The position numbers were made by a program, and so were the translations under genes. The notes beneath the pieces were generated by a model that saw only the letters and a program-made list of their open reading frames with translations, was not told the origin of the DNA and made no database searches. This document shows positions 38,658 through 48,510 of a stretch of DNA of 64,000 bases, one piece after another. Position 1 is the stretch's first letter. Each line of letters starts with the position of its first letter. Source of the stretch: a virus; IMG/VR virus record IMGVR_UViG_3300044729_001198, positions 64,001 to 128,000 of that record; one strand, 5' to 3'.

Positions 38658-38880
38658 ATTCTTTTATTTCTACTTTAAATCCGTTTTTCGTAAATACTTC
38701 ATAGATTTGTTCAATCTCCGAAGCATCACCACTTTTAATTTCACATCTACCCACTGTATGTGTAATCTCAGCAATTGAACACCCATGTATCAAGGTATAA
38801 CCAAGATATCGTTTCAATATGGATACTACATCATCGAATGAGTGTACGTCATCATTTAATAAATATAGTTTAGATTTCAT
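38638..38880 (-). CDS. clpS: ClpS-like N-degron adaptor
   Basis: LLNDDVHSFDDV..HTVGRC. Confidence 0.8.
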   Translation of the reverse strand: MKSKLYLLNDDVHSFDDVVSILKRYLGYTLIHGCSIAEITHTVGRCEIKSGDASEIEQIYEVFTKNGFKVEIKEYGNESI

Positions 38881-39068
38881 TAAATGTCGTAGATTATTGT
38901 TTCGGTGGTATTATATTCCGATTTGAATTTACTAATATAAATTGGTAGTTCAACTTCATTTGCTATTTCAGCAACTACAGGCCTACCATCGTCATTCATA
39001 ACATAGATGATGAATGGTTTATTAATTGTTTCTACTTCACCACCAACTCGTTTGATTATTATTTTCAT
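38880..39068 (-). CDS. hypothetical protein
   Basis: 62-aa ORF. Confidence 0.45.
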   Translation of the reverse strand: MKIIIKRVGGEVETINKPFIIYVMNDDGRPVVAEIANEVELPIYISKFKSEYNTTETIIYDI

Positions 39069-39255
39069 TGTCCTTCTCCATAACCTTTAGCAGTTCTTGA
39101 AGATGAATACATTTTTCATACTCTTCTACAACAGTATAGTATTCGGTCAAGTTACTAATTAGGTTTTTCTTAACGATATCATCCACATTGTTTGGATTGT
39201 ACAATAATATGCTGTACACTTCATCCATAGCTTTATGTTTGAAATCTATACCCAT
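39037..39255 (-). CDS. hypothetical protein with UVR-like motif
   Basis: EEYEKCIHLQELL. Confidence 0.5.
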   Translation of the reverse strand: MGIDFKHKAMDEVYSILLYNPNNVDDIVKKNLISNLTEYYTVVEEYEKCIHLQELLKVMEKDNENNNQTSWW

Positions 39256-39275
39256 AAGTATGAAAAATTAATTAA

Positions 39276-39659
39276 TTAAAACAAAAAACTCTGAGCAGAG
39301 AAAAAGATTAAACCAATGACTGATGTGAAAAGTATCCAAAGAGCTCTGTTTACACCCTCTTTCCAATCCAACATCTTTTCTAATTCTTTTATTTTATTTT
39401 CGTAATAATCTTCTTTACGTTCTTTTTCAAGTCTGAACTCGGTATTACGATTTACTCTAACAATAACCCCATTTTCAGGATTAAGTAGAGTATATTTTAT
39501 TTCAGAAACATCTTCTTTGATGTCTATGTAGTTTTCTTTCATTTCTTGAATGGACAGTTCCATTCGTTTTAACTCCCCATTTGGGAGTTTTGTTTTCATT
39601 TCAGAGATTTCGTGTAATATACTCTCTAATATTTGAGCCTGCGTTTTCGTAGTAGCCAT
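39276..39659 (-). CDS. coiled-coil protein with C-terminal TM
   Basis: 127 aa, hydrophobic C-terminus. Confidence 0.6.
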   Translation of the reverse strand: MATTKTQAQILESILHEISEMKTKLPNGELKRMELSIQEMKENYIDIKEDVSEIKYTLLNPENGVIVRVNRNTEFRLEKERKEDYYENKIKELEKMLDWKEGVNRALWILFTSVIGLIFFSAQSFLF

Positions 39660-39705
39660 AGGTTTCCTATATCGGGGTTTTGTAAACTAAACTGATTATA
39701 AATAG

Positions 39706-40275
39706 TTACAAAAGTCTTTTAAATTGGTCAGAGTAGTATTGTTCTAACAATTCTTTTCTTTCCATGGTGGTTAAATGTTCGACAGCCAGAACGGATTTAA
39801 CTCTAATATTAGGATACTTGTCTTGTAATTGAGCTACGGCTTTTACGTTTTTAATCGAGTCATCCATAAATGCAATGTCGGTGTATCCACTTTTAATGTG
39901 TTTTTCAATCCAATCAGCTTTTGCCTGTGGATTAGCATCACCAAGTGCAACAACATAGACATCTACACCCAAATTCTTCTTGAACCAATACTTGACAGGA
40001 AATCCTAACTTACGAGCAGTAAGAATGGTAACTTTCTTTTCAGGACTTGAAATCATTCTTCGTAACAAATCCACATTCTTTTTGATAACCTTTGGATTAT
40101 TCAACATTCTATTAAAATCACGATAGTCGAATGTATCACCTACTTTTGGTTCATAGACAGCATATTCGGCTGGGTCAAGGGTACTTTCAGTACCATCCGA
40201 ATGCTTTACATAAATATATGACACACTTTTCGCAAGCGTGTCATCGAAATCAAAAACTCTTAACGTTTTACCCAT
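39706..40275 (-). CDS. HAD-family phosphatase-like protein
   Basis: VFDFDDTL, ILTAR, K, FMDD. Confidence 0.8.
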   Translation of the reverse strand: MGKTLRVFDFDDTLAKSVSYIYVKHSDGTESTLDPAEYAVYEPKVGDTFDYRDFNRMLNNPKVIKKNVDLLRRMISSPEKKVTILTARKLGFPVKYWFKKNLGVDVYVVALGDANPQAKADWIEKHIKSGYTDIAFMDDSIKNVKAVAQLQDKYPNIRVKSVLAVEHLTTMERKELLEQYYSDQFKRLL

Positions 40276-40312
40276 GTATATAAATATTACTATTTCATGA
40301 TTGACATACTAA

Positions 40313-40567
40313 TTAGACGTACATTTCTGAATTTGAGAATGACAAGTGAAGTTCAGCCAAGTCTTTGGCGACCTTTTTAGGATTTAGAAGTTTTTCAGCG
40401 AACACCTCAACTCGGTGAGCATTCACAAACTTCTCTGCGTTTTCATATCCAAGAAACGACTTCAACAATTTTTTACGAAGAATAACATTGTAAACTTCTT
40501 GACCATTTAACTGGCGACCAGCCAACTCAATTTTGTAAGGACGAACACTTTTCATAATATCTCTCAT
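40313..40567 (-). CDS. hypothetical protein
   Basis: 84 aa behind conserved-leader promoter. Confidence 0.6.
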   Translation of the reverse strand: MRDIMKSVRPYKIELAGRQLNGQEVYNVILRKKLLKSFLGYENAEKFVNAHRVEVFAEKLLNPKKVAKDLAELHLSFSNSEMYV

Positions 40568-40570
40568 TGA

Positions 40571-40656
40571 TTACAGAGTAAAGATACTATTTGTTTTTGA
40601 ATAAACCAAGCGTTTAATGTTAAATTTATGTTAAACTTATCAACAAGTTATTAACA
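40571..40656 (-). promoter_or_regulatory. conserved-leader promoter with full four-box TGTTAA array
   Basis: TTG-N20-TATCTTTACTCTGTAA; boxes at 40618, 40629, 40640, 40651. Confidence 0.7.
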
Positions 40657-40667
40657 TTATTTTAGTG

Positions 40668-41426
40668 TTATTTCAAATTAGGAATACCACCAATTTTTGG
40701 AATTCTAACTTTCCAAGCGGTGTATATCTTTTTACGAGTGATTGGATTGATAATACCATCATCAACCAATGAATCTAAATAATCATCAACCACATCTTGA
40801 TATGGTTTCTTCAACGTCTTGGCTTTAGAATACAATCCGTGAATGTTAGCATCAACCTCTTTTGGTAATAAGAAGTATTTGTAGAACAATTCTGGGTTTT
40901 GTCTGATTTTGACTCTCATGGCCTCATCACCACGGAGTAGTTTTGATAACTTCAAAGCAGCTGAATCTTTACCATGTGTCAAGTGTTCAATCTCATGTCT
41001 TACCAAATCACGAAGAACTGGCTGAATTTTTGAGAATATTTTTTCGTTATCATCGGGGTGTACTGCAACATTCACTTCGATTGATGGGAAATCGGAATCA
41101 GCTTCAGCGTGACCATCCATGAAAAACTTACCCGGCGTAACGCCATCTTCAGTCACAGCAAACTTTAAATGAACTTCAACATCTACGCCCGATACTGAAT
41201 CTGAAAACTCACCAACGTACAAAGTTCGGTCTTCAGTTTGAAACAAAGTTTGCATATCACTAAATGGCATTGGGTCTTTACGAACAACGTAACCCTTGTA
41301 CTTCTTTGGTGATTCTTGAGTACCTGACCCTTTTAGAGCGTTCTTCATCGTAACGAACACAGCCTTGTTGATTTCACCCGTAAGTTTATCGTACATTCCT
41401 TCTAATATGAGATTCTTTAACTTCAT
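40668..41426 (-). CDS. HExxH-containing protein
   Basis: RHEIEH..EVDA; N-terminus MKLKNLILE; promoter-like element at 41429-41460. Confidence 0.65.
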   Translation of the reverse strand: MKLKNLILEGMYDKLTGEINKAVFVTMKNALKGSGTQESPKKYKGYVVRKDPMPFSDMQTLFQTEDRTLYVGEFSDSVSGVDVEVHLKFAVTEDGVTPGKFFMDGHAEADSDFPSIEVNVAVHPDDNEKIFSKIQPVLRDLVRHEIEHLTHGKDSAALKLSKLLRGDEAMRVKIRQNPELFYKYFLLPKEVDANIHGLYSKAKTLKKPYQDVVDDYLDSLVDDGIINPITRKKIYTAWKVRIPKIGGIPNLK

Positions 41427-41447
41427 TACAAATATACGAATTAAATT

Positions 41448-42767
41448 TTATATTTCCAACTTTGGAGTAGACGATTTGAAATCTTTTTTTCTCATGATAG
41501 TTTTGGCAATTGCCTTGTTGGCTTGTTTCATAAACGGAATGTTGATGTTGGTTCTATCATCGGTAGCTACCATTTGTTCGTATTTCTCAAGAAACTCGAC
41601 AAATTGTTTTTTATGTTTTGATAATCTCTTAAAGAACCCAATCAATTCAGCTTGTGAGATTTCTTTACCATTTCTTGGGTCATTAAGTCTATCAAAGAAA
41701 TGTTTGTCAGTAAGAACTACATCCAATGGATTTAAAAACTTATCAGCAACTCTATCGATGTCTTTCAAATCATCCATAGGGATTTCGTTGATTACACTCT
41801 CACTTGCGCCTGTTTTTGAGAACGTGGGTTTTTGACCTTTCTTTTGTTCGCCACCCTTTTTAGCATCACCCGATTTCTTTTGGTCTGCTCTTTTTCTTCT
41901 TACAAATGCGGCTCTACCATCAGGTCCAAGTTTTGCAGCTTTTTCTTTTGATAAACAAGCAGCATATGCATCTCCATCATCACCATCACCACACTTACCT
42001 AACCTTTGACCATCAGTTCCATATCTATCCCAACCACCACCATCGTTTGAGCCGGTTTTACCTTTACCAAACCAATTTCTTAAATCTTCTTTTAGTTCTT
42101 GGGATTCATTCTTTTTTTTACCTTGACAATGTGCTTTTTGAGAAAACCCTTTTGGATTATTACAATCTATGGAGCGTTTGTATTTCTCACTCCAATCCTC
42201 ATTACGAGCTTTACTTGCTTCAATGGCTTGTAATTGATTCAAAGCATCTTCATATGTGTCATGAGTACCAAGTCTATCACCACCTGATTTTGGGTATACA
42301 ACATACTTACCATCTACTTTTTCAATACGTTCAAACATACCCTTTGTATTGATTTTTCTCCAACCACCACCGGGCATATTAAACAATCTTGCTGGGATTG
42401 GTAGGATTGCTCCTACTTTTAACATCGGATGTTTAACTGGCGTGTGAATTAAACGAGTAAGATACATTCGAGTTTTATTATCAACACCATACAATTCAAC
42501 CTCAACCTCAATCTTTTGATTTGATATTTTGATTGGACCTTTGTACAAACCTTTTGTAGGACCTTCGTTTAAAGTAGACTCGGTAATTTCAGCATCCATG
42601 TATTTTTTATACAACATCATTAAAAATGGTATAAGGTCGTGAACCATCTTTTGTTTTTCAGCTTGATTATTTTTTGATACTATAACCTTGTCAGTAGCGC
42701 TGGGTGGATTATGTACTGCGTTTACAGCTTGTCTTTGTATTTGCCGCTTAGTAACTCGTAATGCCAT
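41448..42767 (-). CDS. modular, probably head-associated phage protein
   Basis: Short modules separated by LNE/RNE/LKE/INE; KYKRSIDCNNPKGFSQKAHC; HFFDRLND. Confidence 0.65.
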   Translation of the reverse strand: MALRVTKRQIQRQAVNAVHNPPSATDKVIVSKNNQAEKQKMVHDLIPFLMMLYKKYMDAEITESTLNEGPTKGLYKGPIKISNQKIEVEVELYGVDNKTRMYLTRLIHTPVKHPMLKVGAILPIPARLFNMPGGGWRKINTKGMFERIEKVDGKYVVYPKSGGDRLGTHDTYEDALNQLQAIEASKARNEDWSEKYKRSIDCNNPKGFSQKAHCQGKKKNESQELKEDLRNWFGKGKTGSNDGGGWDRYGTDGQRLGKCGDGDDGDAYAACLSKEKAAKLGPDGRAAFVRRKRADQKKSGDAKKGGEQKKGQKPTFSKTGASESVINEIPMDDLKDIDRVADKFLNPLDVVLTDKHFFDRLNDPRNGKEISQAELIGFFKRLSKHKKQFVEFLEKYEQMVATDDRTNINIPFMKQANKAIAKTIMRKKDFKSSTPKLEI

Positions 42768-42838
42768 ATTATATTCTTCCCATTTTTAATAAGTATTTAA
42801 AAATTCATTATCAAGGTATAAAATGGGATTGTAGTTAA

Positions 42839-42985
42839 CTACCTACCTTGACCACGATATAATTTTTTGTAATTCTTCGAATTCTTATTTTTAGACGTTT
42901 TGGTTTTGGCGTGAACGCCTGGTCTGTTAATTTCTTTTTTTTCCACAACATTGATTGTAGAACTTTTAGCTTTTGGTTTTGCCAT
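42839..42985 (-). CDS. 48-aa basic peptide ending YRGQGR
   Basis: MAKPKAKS..RPGVHAK..KKLYRGQGR; AGGAG upstream; not in ORF track. Confidence 0.65.
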   Translation of the reverse strand: MAKPKAKSSTINVVEKKEINRPGVHAKTKTSKNKNSKNYKKLYRGQGR

Positions 42986-43000
42986 TTTCGAATCTCCTAA

Positions 43001-43828
43001 TTAGAGGTCTACTTCTTCGACCTCAATTTTAATTTTCGGAACGTAGCCCTCTGGTAATCTAACAATGATACCATTGAACTTTTCCACTTTTGATTTAAAG
43101 TAATGTAATGTCAAAACTCTATCAGTCAAGTTTAACATAAGTTGTGATGATGTACTCATTTTGGGAGTATCACGTCTCATGTTCAACGGACTGTCTTGCT
43201 TATATAACTGTTTTCTTAAATTTTGTAATATTCCAATTGGGTCATCGCTGACCTTGTTTGTCATTTTTTCAGCTGACATTTTTCTAATCTTCGAAGACAA
43301 GTAATCAGGTCCTTTTGTGTAACCAGCATCAGCATAATGATATCCATGGTTAGTTCTTACAAAGTTATCTGAATCTATATCTCTAATGTCAATTTTGGGA
43401 TTGTGTTTTGATGTCATCTCAACGGATACTGCTGTTTGTGGATTTGATACCAAAGTATGTCCTTTAACACCACCATCTACTTTAACAACACTTGTTAGGG
43501 CTTTACCCAATGTTTTATGACTCAATGCTTTACGGATTCTAGCACCATCCTTTGAGGGTTTACCACCCTTTTTCACAATCTTCTTTTCATTTTCATCATA
43601 TCCAACCATGAGTGCTGTATTCAAAATACCAATGCCATACTCATTCATACCCTCTGACCAATCGGTTATCATATCACGAAGATAAGCTACTTCAACACCA
43701 TCCACAATTTCATGTACTATTTCTAATTGAGGCATGTAAGCTCGGTCACGGTTCTTAGCCATTACAAGTGTATCACCAACTCTTTTGGCTACAACAATAC
43801 ACTCGTTGATTAGGATGTCTTTCTTCAT
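43001..43828 (-). CDS. Ntn-hydrolase-fold protein (Cys nucleophile) with short leader
   Basis: C10 IVVAK..AKNRD, GMNEYGIGILN, VRTNH. Confidence 0.65.
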   Translation of the reverse strand: MKKDILINECIVVAKRVGDTLVMAKNRDRAYMPQLEIVHEIVDGVEVAYLRDMITDWSEGMNEYGIGILNTALMVGYDENEKKIVKKGGKPSKDGARIRKALSHKTLGKALTSVVKVDGGVKGHTLVSNPQTAVSVEMTSKHNPKIDIRDIDSDNFVRTNHGYHYADAGYTKGPDYLSSKIRKMSAEKMTNKVSDDPIGILQNLRKQLYKQDSPLNMRRDTPKMSTSSQLMLNLTDRVLTLHYFKSKVEKFNGIIVRLPEGYVPKIKIEVEEVDL

Positions 43829-43839
43829 AATAATAAATA

Positions 43840-44238
43840 TCAGTCTAAAGCATCTTCCAATGATTTTTTCACTGCAATGCTAAATTCAGTTCTTTCAAAT
43901 GGTAAATTCTCATCTTGGAGTTGTAACAAAGTAGCAGCAACGTTTGTTTTTGCTATTCCCGTACCAAGGTATTCCTTACCATCAATAACTACTTTACTCT
44001 TAACTATTGTTTTTTTTGATTTAAATTCAAATGGCCCGATTCTTAATCCTTGAGTTGGAGCTTCGATTGATAAAATTACAACTTCAACGGGCTTTCCATC
44101 GGGGCATAATTGGTACTTTTCTTGTATCATGTCTTCAGTAATTTGTCTGATACCATATGTTAGTTTTTTCTCGTCTACTCCATTCATACTGGCTAATGAG
44201 GTGACTGCTGCTACGAAATAACAAATGAGTGTGTTCAT
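43840..44238 (-). CDS. small exported protein, CsgG-like fragment
   Basis: Hydrophobic N-terminus; TYGIRQITEDM..GTGIAK..SIAVKKSLEDA echoes CsgG/TolB-N fold. Confidence 0.45.
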   Translation of the reverse strand: MNTLICYFVAAVTSLASMNGVDEKKLTYGIRQITEDMIQEKYQLCPDGKPVEVVILSIEAPTQGLRIGPFEFKSKKTIVKSKVVIDGKEYLGTGIAKTNVAATLLQLQDENLPFERTEFSIAVKKSLEDALD

Positions 44239-44247
44239 GGTGTTTCC

Positions 44248-45912
44248 TTAATATGTTAGTTTTGATTGATAGGTATAACCGGGCGATAATAAATAGAAGT
44301 TAGTAGTTCCTCCCGATGTTGGTGTAAATGTATAATTTGTTGTGATTCCTGGAATTGTAGATTTTAAATTCGTAGTTCCATTAGATAGTGTAGTCCATTG
44401 ACTTGATGTAAACAATAGCGTTTTTTTGGTAAATGACAACCCATTCAGTATTCGTGCTACATGGTATACATCACCCACAGTCACATAACCATCATTGTTT
44501 AAATCACACTTATGATATTGATATGATTTTAGTGGGATTTCACCAATAGATACTTTTGATGGTCCTATAAAATCTGAAGAACTTATATTGGATGAAACCT
44601 TTGGAGTAACGACTTCAATATAATATTGCTTTGATGGGTTATATGTTTTACTAAATGAGTATCTACCATTCACATCAGTAACTATACTATCTTCCATAAC
44701 CCAATCGGTTGTATCAACTATGTAATCAAATTCAATTACATATGGAAGTGAGCTATTTGGTAAATCATTCCATCTACCACCAGATACAAATTGAATATAG
44801 TCCTCACCACCAGCGTTATTTGGTTCTCCACTATTCCAATTTAAATATTTCATCCTACCATACCGATATGAAATACTCATCCAAGCCCTATCAATCTCAT
44901 CGTCTGATAATTTTCTATTAAATATTCTGAAATATCCCAATCTATATTTACCATAAGCACCACTACCCATATTTGTGGATTCGGATTTGGCCAAAGCATA
45001 ATACATACCATTTGAAGAATTACTATGTGGTACTTCCCTATTGAATGTGGACGTTCCAAAGTAAGTGCCATCCAAATAACCCCTTAAAGTAGAACCATCA
45101 TATGTCATTGTTATCAAATGCCATGTGTTCATCGAGATTGTCGTTGATATACTTGATATAGTACCACCCGTATTCCAAAACCCAACTTTCAATGTACCAC
45201 TTGTGGTTATTTCCATAACAGCAGCATGCCAACCACTCGAAGCGCTACCCGTACCAAGCTCGGTAACTAATATACCGGCTGATTCCGGATAACATAATAA
45301 TTGTAAAGTTTGAACCTCTGACACATTAGGAAAACTGCCAGAAACGTCACCTGTTATTGAGTAATCATTTGTACCATCAAATTGTACATAATTACCACTT
45401 GAAGTTGTTAGGGTTGGCCCATTGTACATTGTTGCGTTTTTACTACCAACGTTATCTACTAAAGTTGTAGTGTAATTTTTAGAATCATAATTGTGTTTAT
45501 AATCATCAATATCATTTTCAGTCCATCTCCAACCCCCATTAGGTTCGGAATAAAAAGCACCACCTTTATCTTGATACAGCCCAATCCAACCCGATGGCCA
45601 TGTTCCAAACAAAAAAGAATTTTCACCTGAAGTTGATATTGTTGCTAAATGACCACCCATGTTCTCACATGCGGATTTTGCACTTGTCCAAGTGGAATTA
45701 CTCGTAGACCTATAGTATGAGTGACCATTGTAGTTTGTTTGTGAAGTAAATCCGGTAATATTTGGTATTACTCTACTATAAAGTTTTACAGGTACATTTT
45801 TTACACCAGTATCTCCCTCGGTTCTAATGTATCCGGAATGACTCCAGGTTTGAGAATATCCTTGGATTTGTACTAATAGTATAAAAATAAGAGTTAAAAT
45901 AAACTGTTTCAT
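44248..45912 (-). CDS. exported lectin: C-type lectin + LamG/ConA + dockerin-like
   Basis: Signal ending YS-Q; YNGHSYY..W..A...C...GGHLATI..EN; WHLITMTYDG..YLDG; NWNSGEPNN..WND; CDLNNDGYVTVGD. Confidence 0.8.
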   Translation of the reverse strand: MKQFILTLIFILLVQIQGYSQTWSHSGYIRTEGDTGVKNVPVKLYSRVIPNITGFTSQTNYNGHSYYRSTSNSTWTSAKSACENMGGHLATISTSGENSFLFGTWPSGWIGLYQDKGGAFYSEPNGGWRWTENDIDDYKHNYDSKNYTTTLVDNVGSKNATMYNGPTLTTSSGNYVQFDGTNDYSITGDVSGSFPNVSEVQTLQLLCYPESAGILVTELGTGSASSGWHAAVMEITTSGTLKVGFWNTGGTISSISTTISMNTWHLITMTYDGSTLRGYLDGTYFGTSTFNREVPHSNSSNGMYYALAKSESTNMGSGAYGKYRLGYFRIFNRKLSDDEIDRAWMSISYRYGRMKYLNWNSGEPNNAGGEDYIQFVSGGRWNDLPNSSLPYVIEFDYIVDTTDWVMEDSIVTDVNGRYSFSKTYNPSKQYYIEVVTPKVSSNISSSDFIGPSKVSIGEIPLKSYQYHKCDLNNDGYVTVGDVYHVARILNGLSFTKKTLLFTSSQWTTLSNGTTNLKSTIPGITTNYTFTPTSGGTTNFYLLSPGYTYQSKLTY

Positions 45913-47360
45913 AATAATATTTTTGTACCTGTCATTAACTGCCAGTTTAAAACTGACTGATTTAACTGATATACTCCTGCAAAACTTATACTCCATTTGA
46001 ACTTATCCGTAACTTTAAAATCGGTATTAATCATAGGCACCATCAAGAACCCACTTTTATACCACTGTCCCTCATAATAAAATATGTATGGAGAATATAC
46101 TGACAACAATAATACGTTAGCTCCTATAGATTTTCCACCTTTAAAGTTTGTAAATCCACCACCAACTAATGAAAAGTTTTGGAAATTACCTTTACCCAAG
46201 TAACCATATGTGTAGTTTCCACCTATCATCCAAGTTACAGGACCCGTCTTTTGAGCATTTAATAATGATGTTGTATTAAACCAATCCGTTTTAAAGTTTG
46301 TCATAAATGAGTTTGAAAATATACCCATGTATCCATTTTTTTTTAATGAGCCATATAGAGTAACATTTGTTACGTTTTCTCCGGTTTGATAGTTGACGTT
46401 AACACCTTTAATGAATGTTTGTTTAGTATTCAAGTGAGTCATAGATACATTTATCTTGTAGTTATCAAGGCCTGATTCTGAAATATCACCGGAATTTCTG
46501 ATTATTACGATATCACCTGCGCCAATCAAAGCACCCCTACCCACTTTTTCTTGTTTAGATTTAGATTTATTTCCACCGGAAGAACCACCACCACCCTCAC
46601 TCGATTCGGATTCACCACCGGTAGCGGATGCGTTTGTTTGACTTGTACCACCACCTTCAGATGTGGTACTTCCCTCGGAGTTAGGAGTTGTTTCGGATGA
46701 TGGTTGTCCCTGTGAGCCCCCATTAGAACCACCACTCGAAGAACCGCCAGTATTTCCACCACCACTACCACCACCACTATTACCATTTCCACCAGTTGAA
46801 CCACCACCAGAGCCGCCACTTGGAGGTTTACTACCACCGGAATTGTTAGAGCCAGAATTGTTAGAGCCACCCTCTCCACCTTCACCACCTTCGCCATTAT
46901 CATTTGAGTTAGAACTTCCGCCAGATGAGGATGAACTGCCTGACATAGAACCCCCCACACCCCCAGCAGTTGAGGCTGCGCCTGACATTGTACTACCCAT
47001 GGAAGCAGCCATACTTACAATGCCAGTTATTGATGCTACGTTATTAGCTGATTGTGAACCGAGTTGAGTGTTAAAATCGTTTGTTACGGTTTCACCTTGA
47101 CCAGCACATGGGTCGACTCCGGGTGGAAATTGTGCATTAATAGAAGCAACCCAAGCTTCATAAGCACCACCTTGAAGTTCAGCCCAAGTAAATATACGAG
47201 TTTGACCAGCATAATTCATTATTGTGCCAGTACCACTTGGTGGTAGATTTATCGTTTTTTGTTGACCAGTACACGGGTCTATATAACGATAAGTGGACTG
47301 CCCATATAGGGACAATCCACTTAAAAGTAAGATAAATAATATAAATTGTTTACCAGCCAT
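45909..47360 (-). CDS. exported Gly/Ser-rich protein with C-terminal beta-barrel-like domain
   Basis: Signal ending YG-Q; about 130-aa G/S/N/E linker; amphipathic beta strands at C-terminus. Confidence 0.7.
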   Translation of the reverse strand: MAGKQFILFILLLSGLSLYGQSTYRYIDPCTGQQKTINLPPSGTGTIMNYAGQTRIFTWAELQGGAYEAWVASINAQFPPGVDPCAGQGETVTNDFNTQLGSQSANNVASITGIVSMAASMGSTMSGAASTAGGVGGSMSGSSSSSGGSSNSNDNGEGGEGGEGGSNNSGSNNSGGSKPPSGGSGGGSTGGNGNSGGGSGGGNTGGSSSGGSNGGSQGQPSSETTPNSEGSTTSEGGGTSQTNASATGGESESSEGGGGSSGGNKSKSKQEKVGRGALIGAGDIVIIRNSGDISESGLDNYKINVSMTHLNTKQTFIKGVNVNYQTGENVTNVTLYGSLKKNGYMGIFSNSFMTNFKTDWFNTTSLLNAQKTGPVTWMIGGNYTYGYLGKGNFQNFSLVGGGFTNFKGGKSIGANVLLLSVYSPYIFYYEGQWYKSGFLMVPMINTDFKVTDKFKWSISFAGVYQLNQSVLNWQLMTGTKILL

Positions 47361-48090
47361 TTGTACTCATTCGCTTCATAAGGTTCATTGTAGCAACCTC
47401 CAAAGCTCTTTGAGTAGCAATTCCGACTGTAGATTGGTCAAAAGACATACTTGGGTTTTTAAAGTAACCTTCACCAATTTGAGTGGATGTACCCTGACCA
47501 GAGGCTACAATGTATTGTGAATTGTCAACATTAACCATTCGGATTTGAATACCGATAATTGTAGTGTTTGTCTTTTGTAATTTACCCTTATCATATTTCT
47601 CAGCATATGAAACTGAAAAGTCATAGATTTCAGCATACACTATGAATTTTGGTAAAGCGATACCTTCCATCTTGATTTTGGTTCGACCATCACCAAGACC
47701 TTGTGCATCCTTTTCCCAAGCATCAAGCATTTGGTTGACTATGGCTTCTTTTTCTTCTGCGTAAATAAATCTATTTGTAGTCTCGAAGTTTTCGATGATT
47801 CTATTCGATACACCCATTCCGAGTCTCTTCTCACGAAGTTCAGGAAAGGATTCCCACAATTCTTTATTTACATTTAAAGTAGCCAACTGAACCACTTGTT
47901 TCTCACCAGTGTATGGTGGTAATGTTTCCAATGGAGCAGCTTTTTCAAATTCAGCTTGATATTGTTGAGTAGATATGGTAGATTTACAACCAGTAACAGC
48001 GGATGAAATGAGAGCGAAGCCGGCAATCATTACGATGATACCAATAACACTAAATAATGTTGAGATAAATTTATCTTTACGAGTTTCCAT
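47350..48090 (-). CDS. CsgG/HfaB-family lipoprotein
   Basis: Lipobox AVTGC; GVSNRII..TNRF..EE; YAEIYDF; IGIQIRMVNV..VASGQG. Confidence 0.75.
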   Translation of the reverse strand: METRKDKFISTLFSVIGIIVMIAGFALISSAVTGCKSTISTQQYQAEFEKAAPLETLPPYTGEKQVVQLATLNVNKELWESFPELREKRLGMGVSNRIIENFETTNRFIYAEEKEAIVNQMLDAWEKDAQGLGDGRTKIKMEGIALPKFIVYAEIYDFSVSYAEKYDKGKLQKTNTTIIGIQIRMVNVDNSQYIVASGQGTSTQIGEGYFKNPSMSFDQSTVGIATQRALEVATMNLMKRMSTNGW

Positions 48091-48497
48091 TATTTACCTT
48101 CACCATTGGCTTCAGCTTTTTCCCTTTTCAATCGAGCAACTCTCTCTGCTACAGTTTCCTTTTTTGGTTCTGGCGCTGGAGTTGCGGCTGGAGCTGCTTG
48201 TTGAACAGGCACTTCACGAACAGTCTCTTTGATAATGGTTTTACCACCACCATTTGAGTTGTTTTGTTGTTGTGTGTTATTGTTTGTCATGTTGATAACA
48301 ACTGGCGCTGGAGCAGCTGATTGACCTTGAACTCCACCTTGTTCAGATACTTGTTCGGTCTTTTCTTTTTCTTCAGTACCAAAGATTTTCTCAACATTTG
48401 TAACTACATAACCGGAAACTACAGTTACAATTGTAGTAACAGCACCAATTACTGTTTTGGTGATGCTTGACATTCCTTCTTTTACTTCTTCACTCAT
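48090..48497 (-). CDS. membrane-anchored low-complexity (N/Q/P/A-rich) protein
   Basis: N-terminal hydrophobic helix; TNNNTQQQNNSNGGG. Confidence 0.65.
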   Translation of the reverse strand: MSEEVKEGMSSITKTVIGAVTTIVTVVSGYVVTNVEKIFGTEEKEKTEQVSEQGGVQGQSAAPAPVVINMTNNNTQQQNNSNGGGKTIIKETVREVPVQQAAPAATPAPEPKKETVAERVARLKREKAEANGEGK

Positions 48498-48510
48498 TTC
48501 GAATCCTTTT

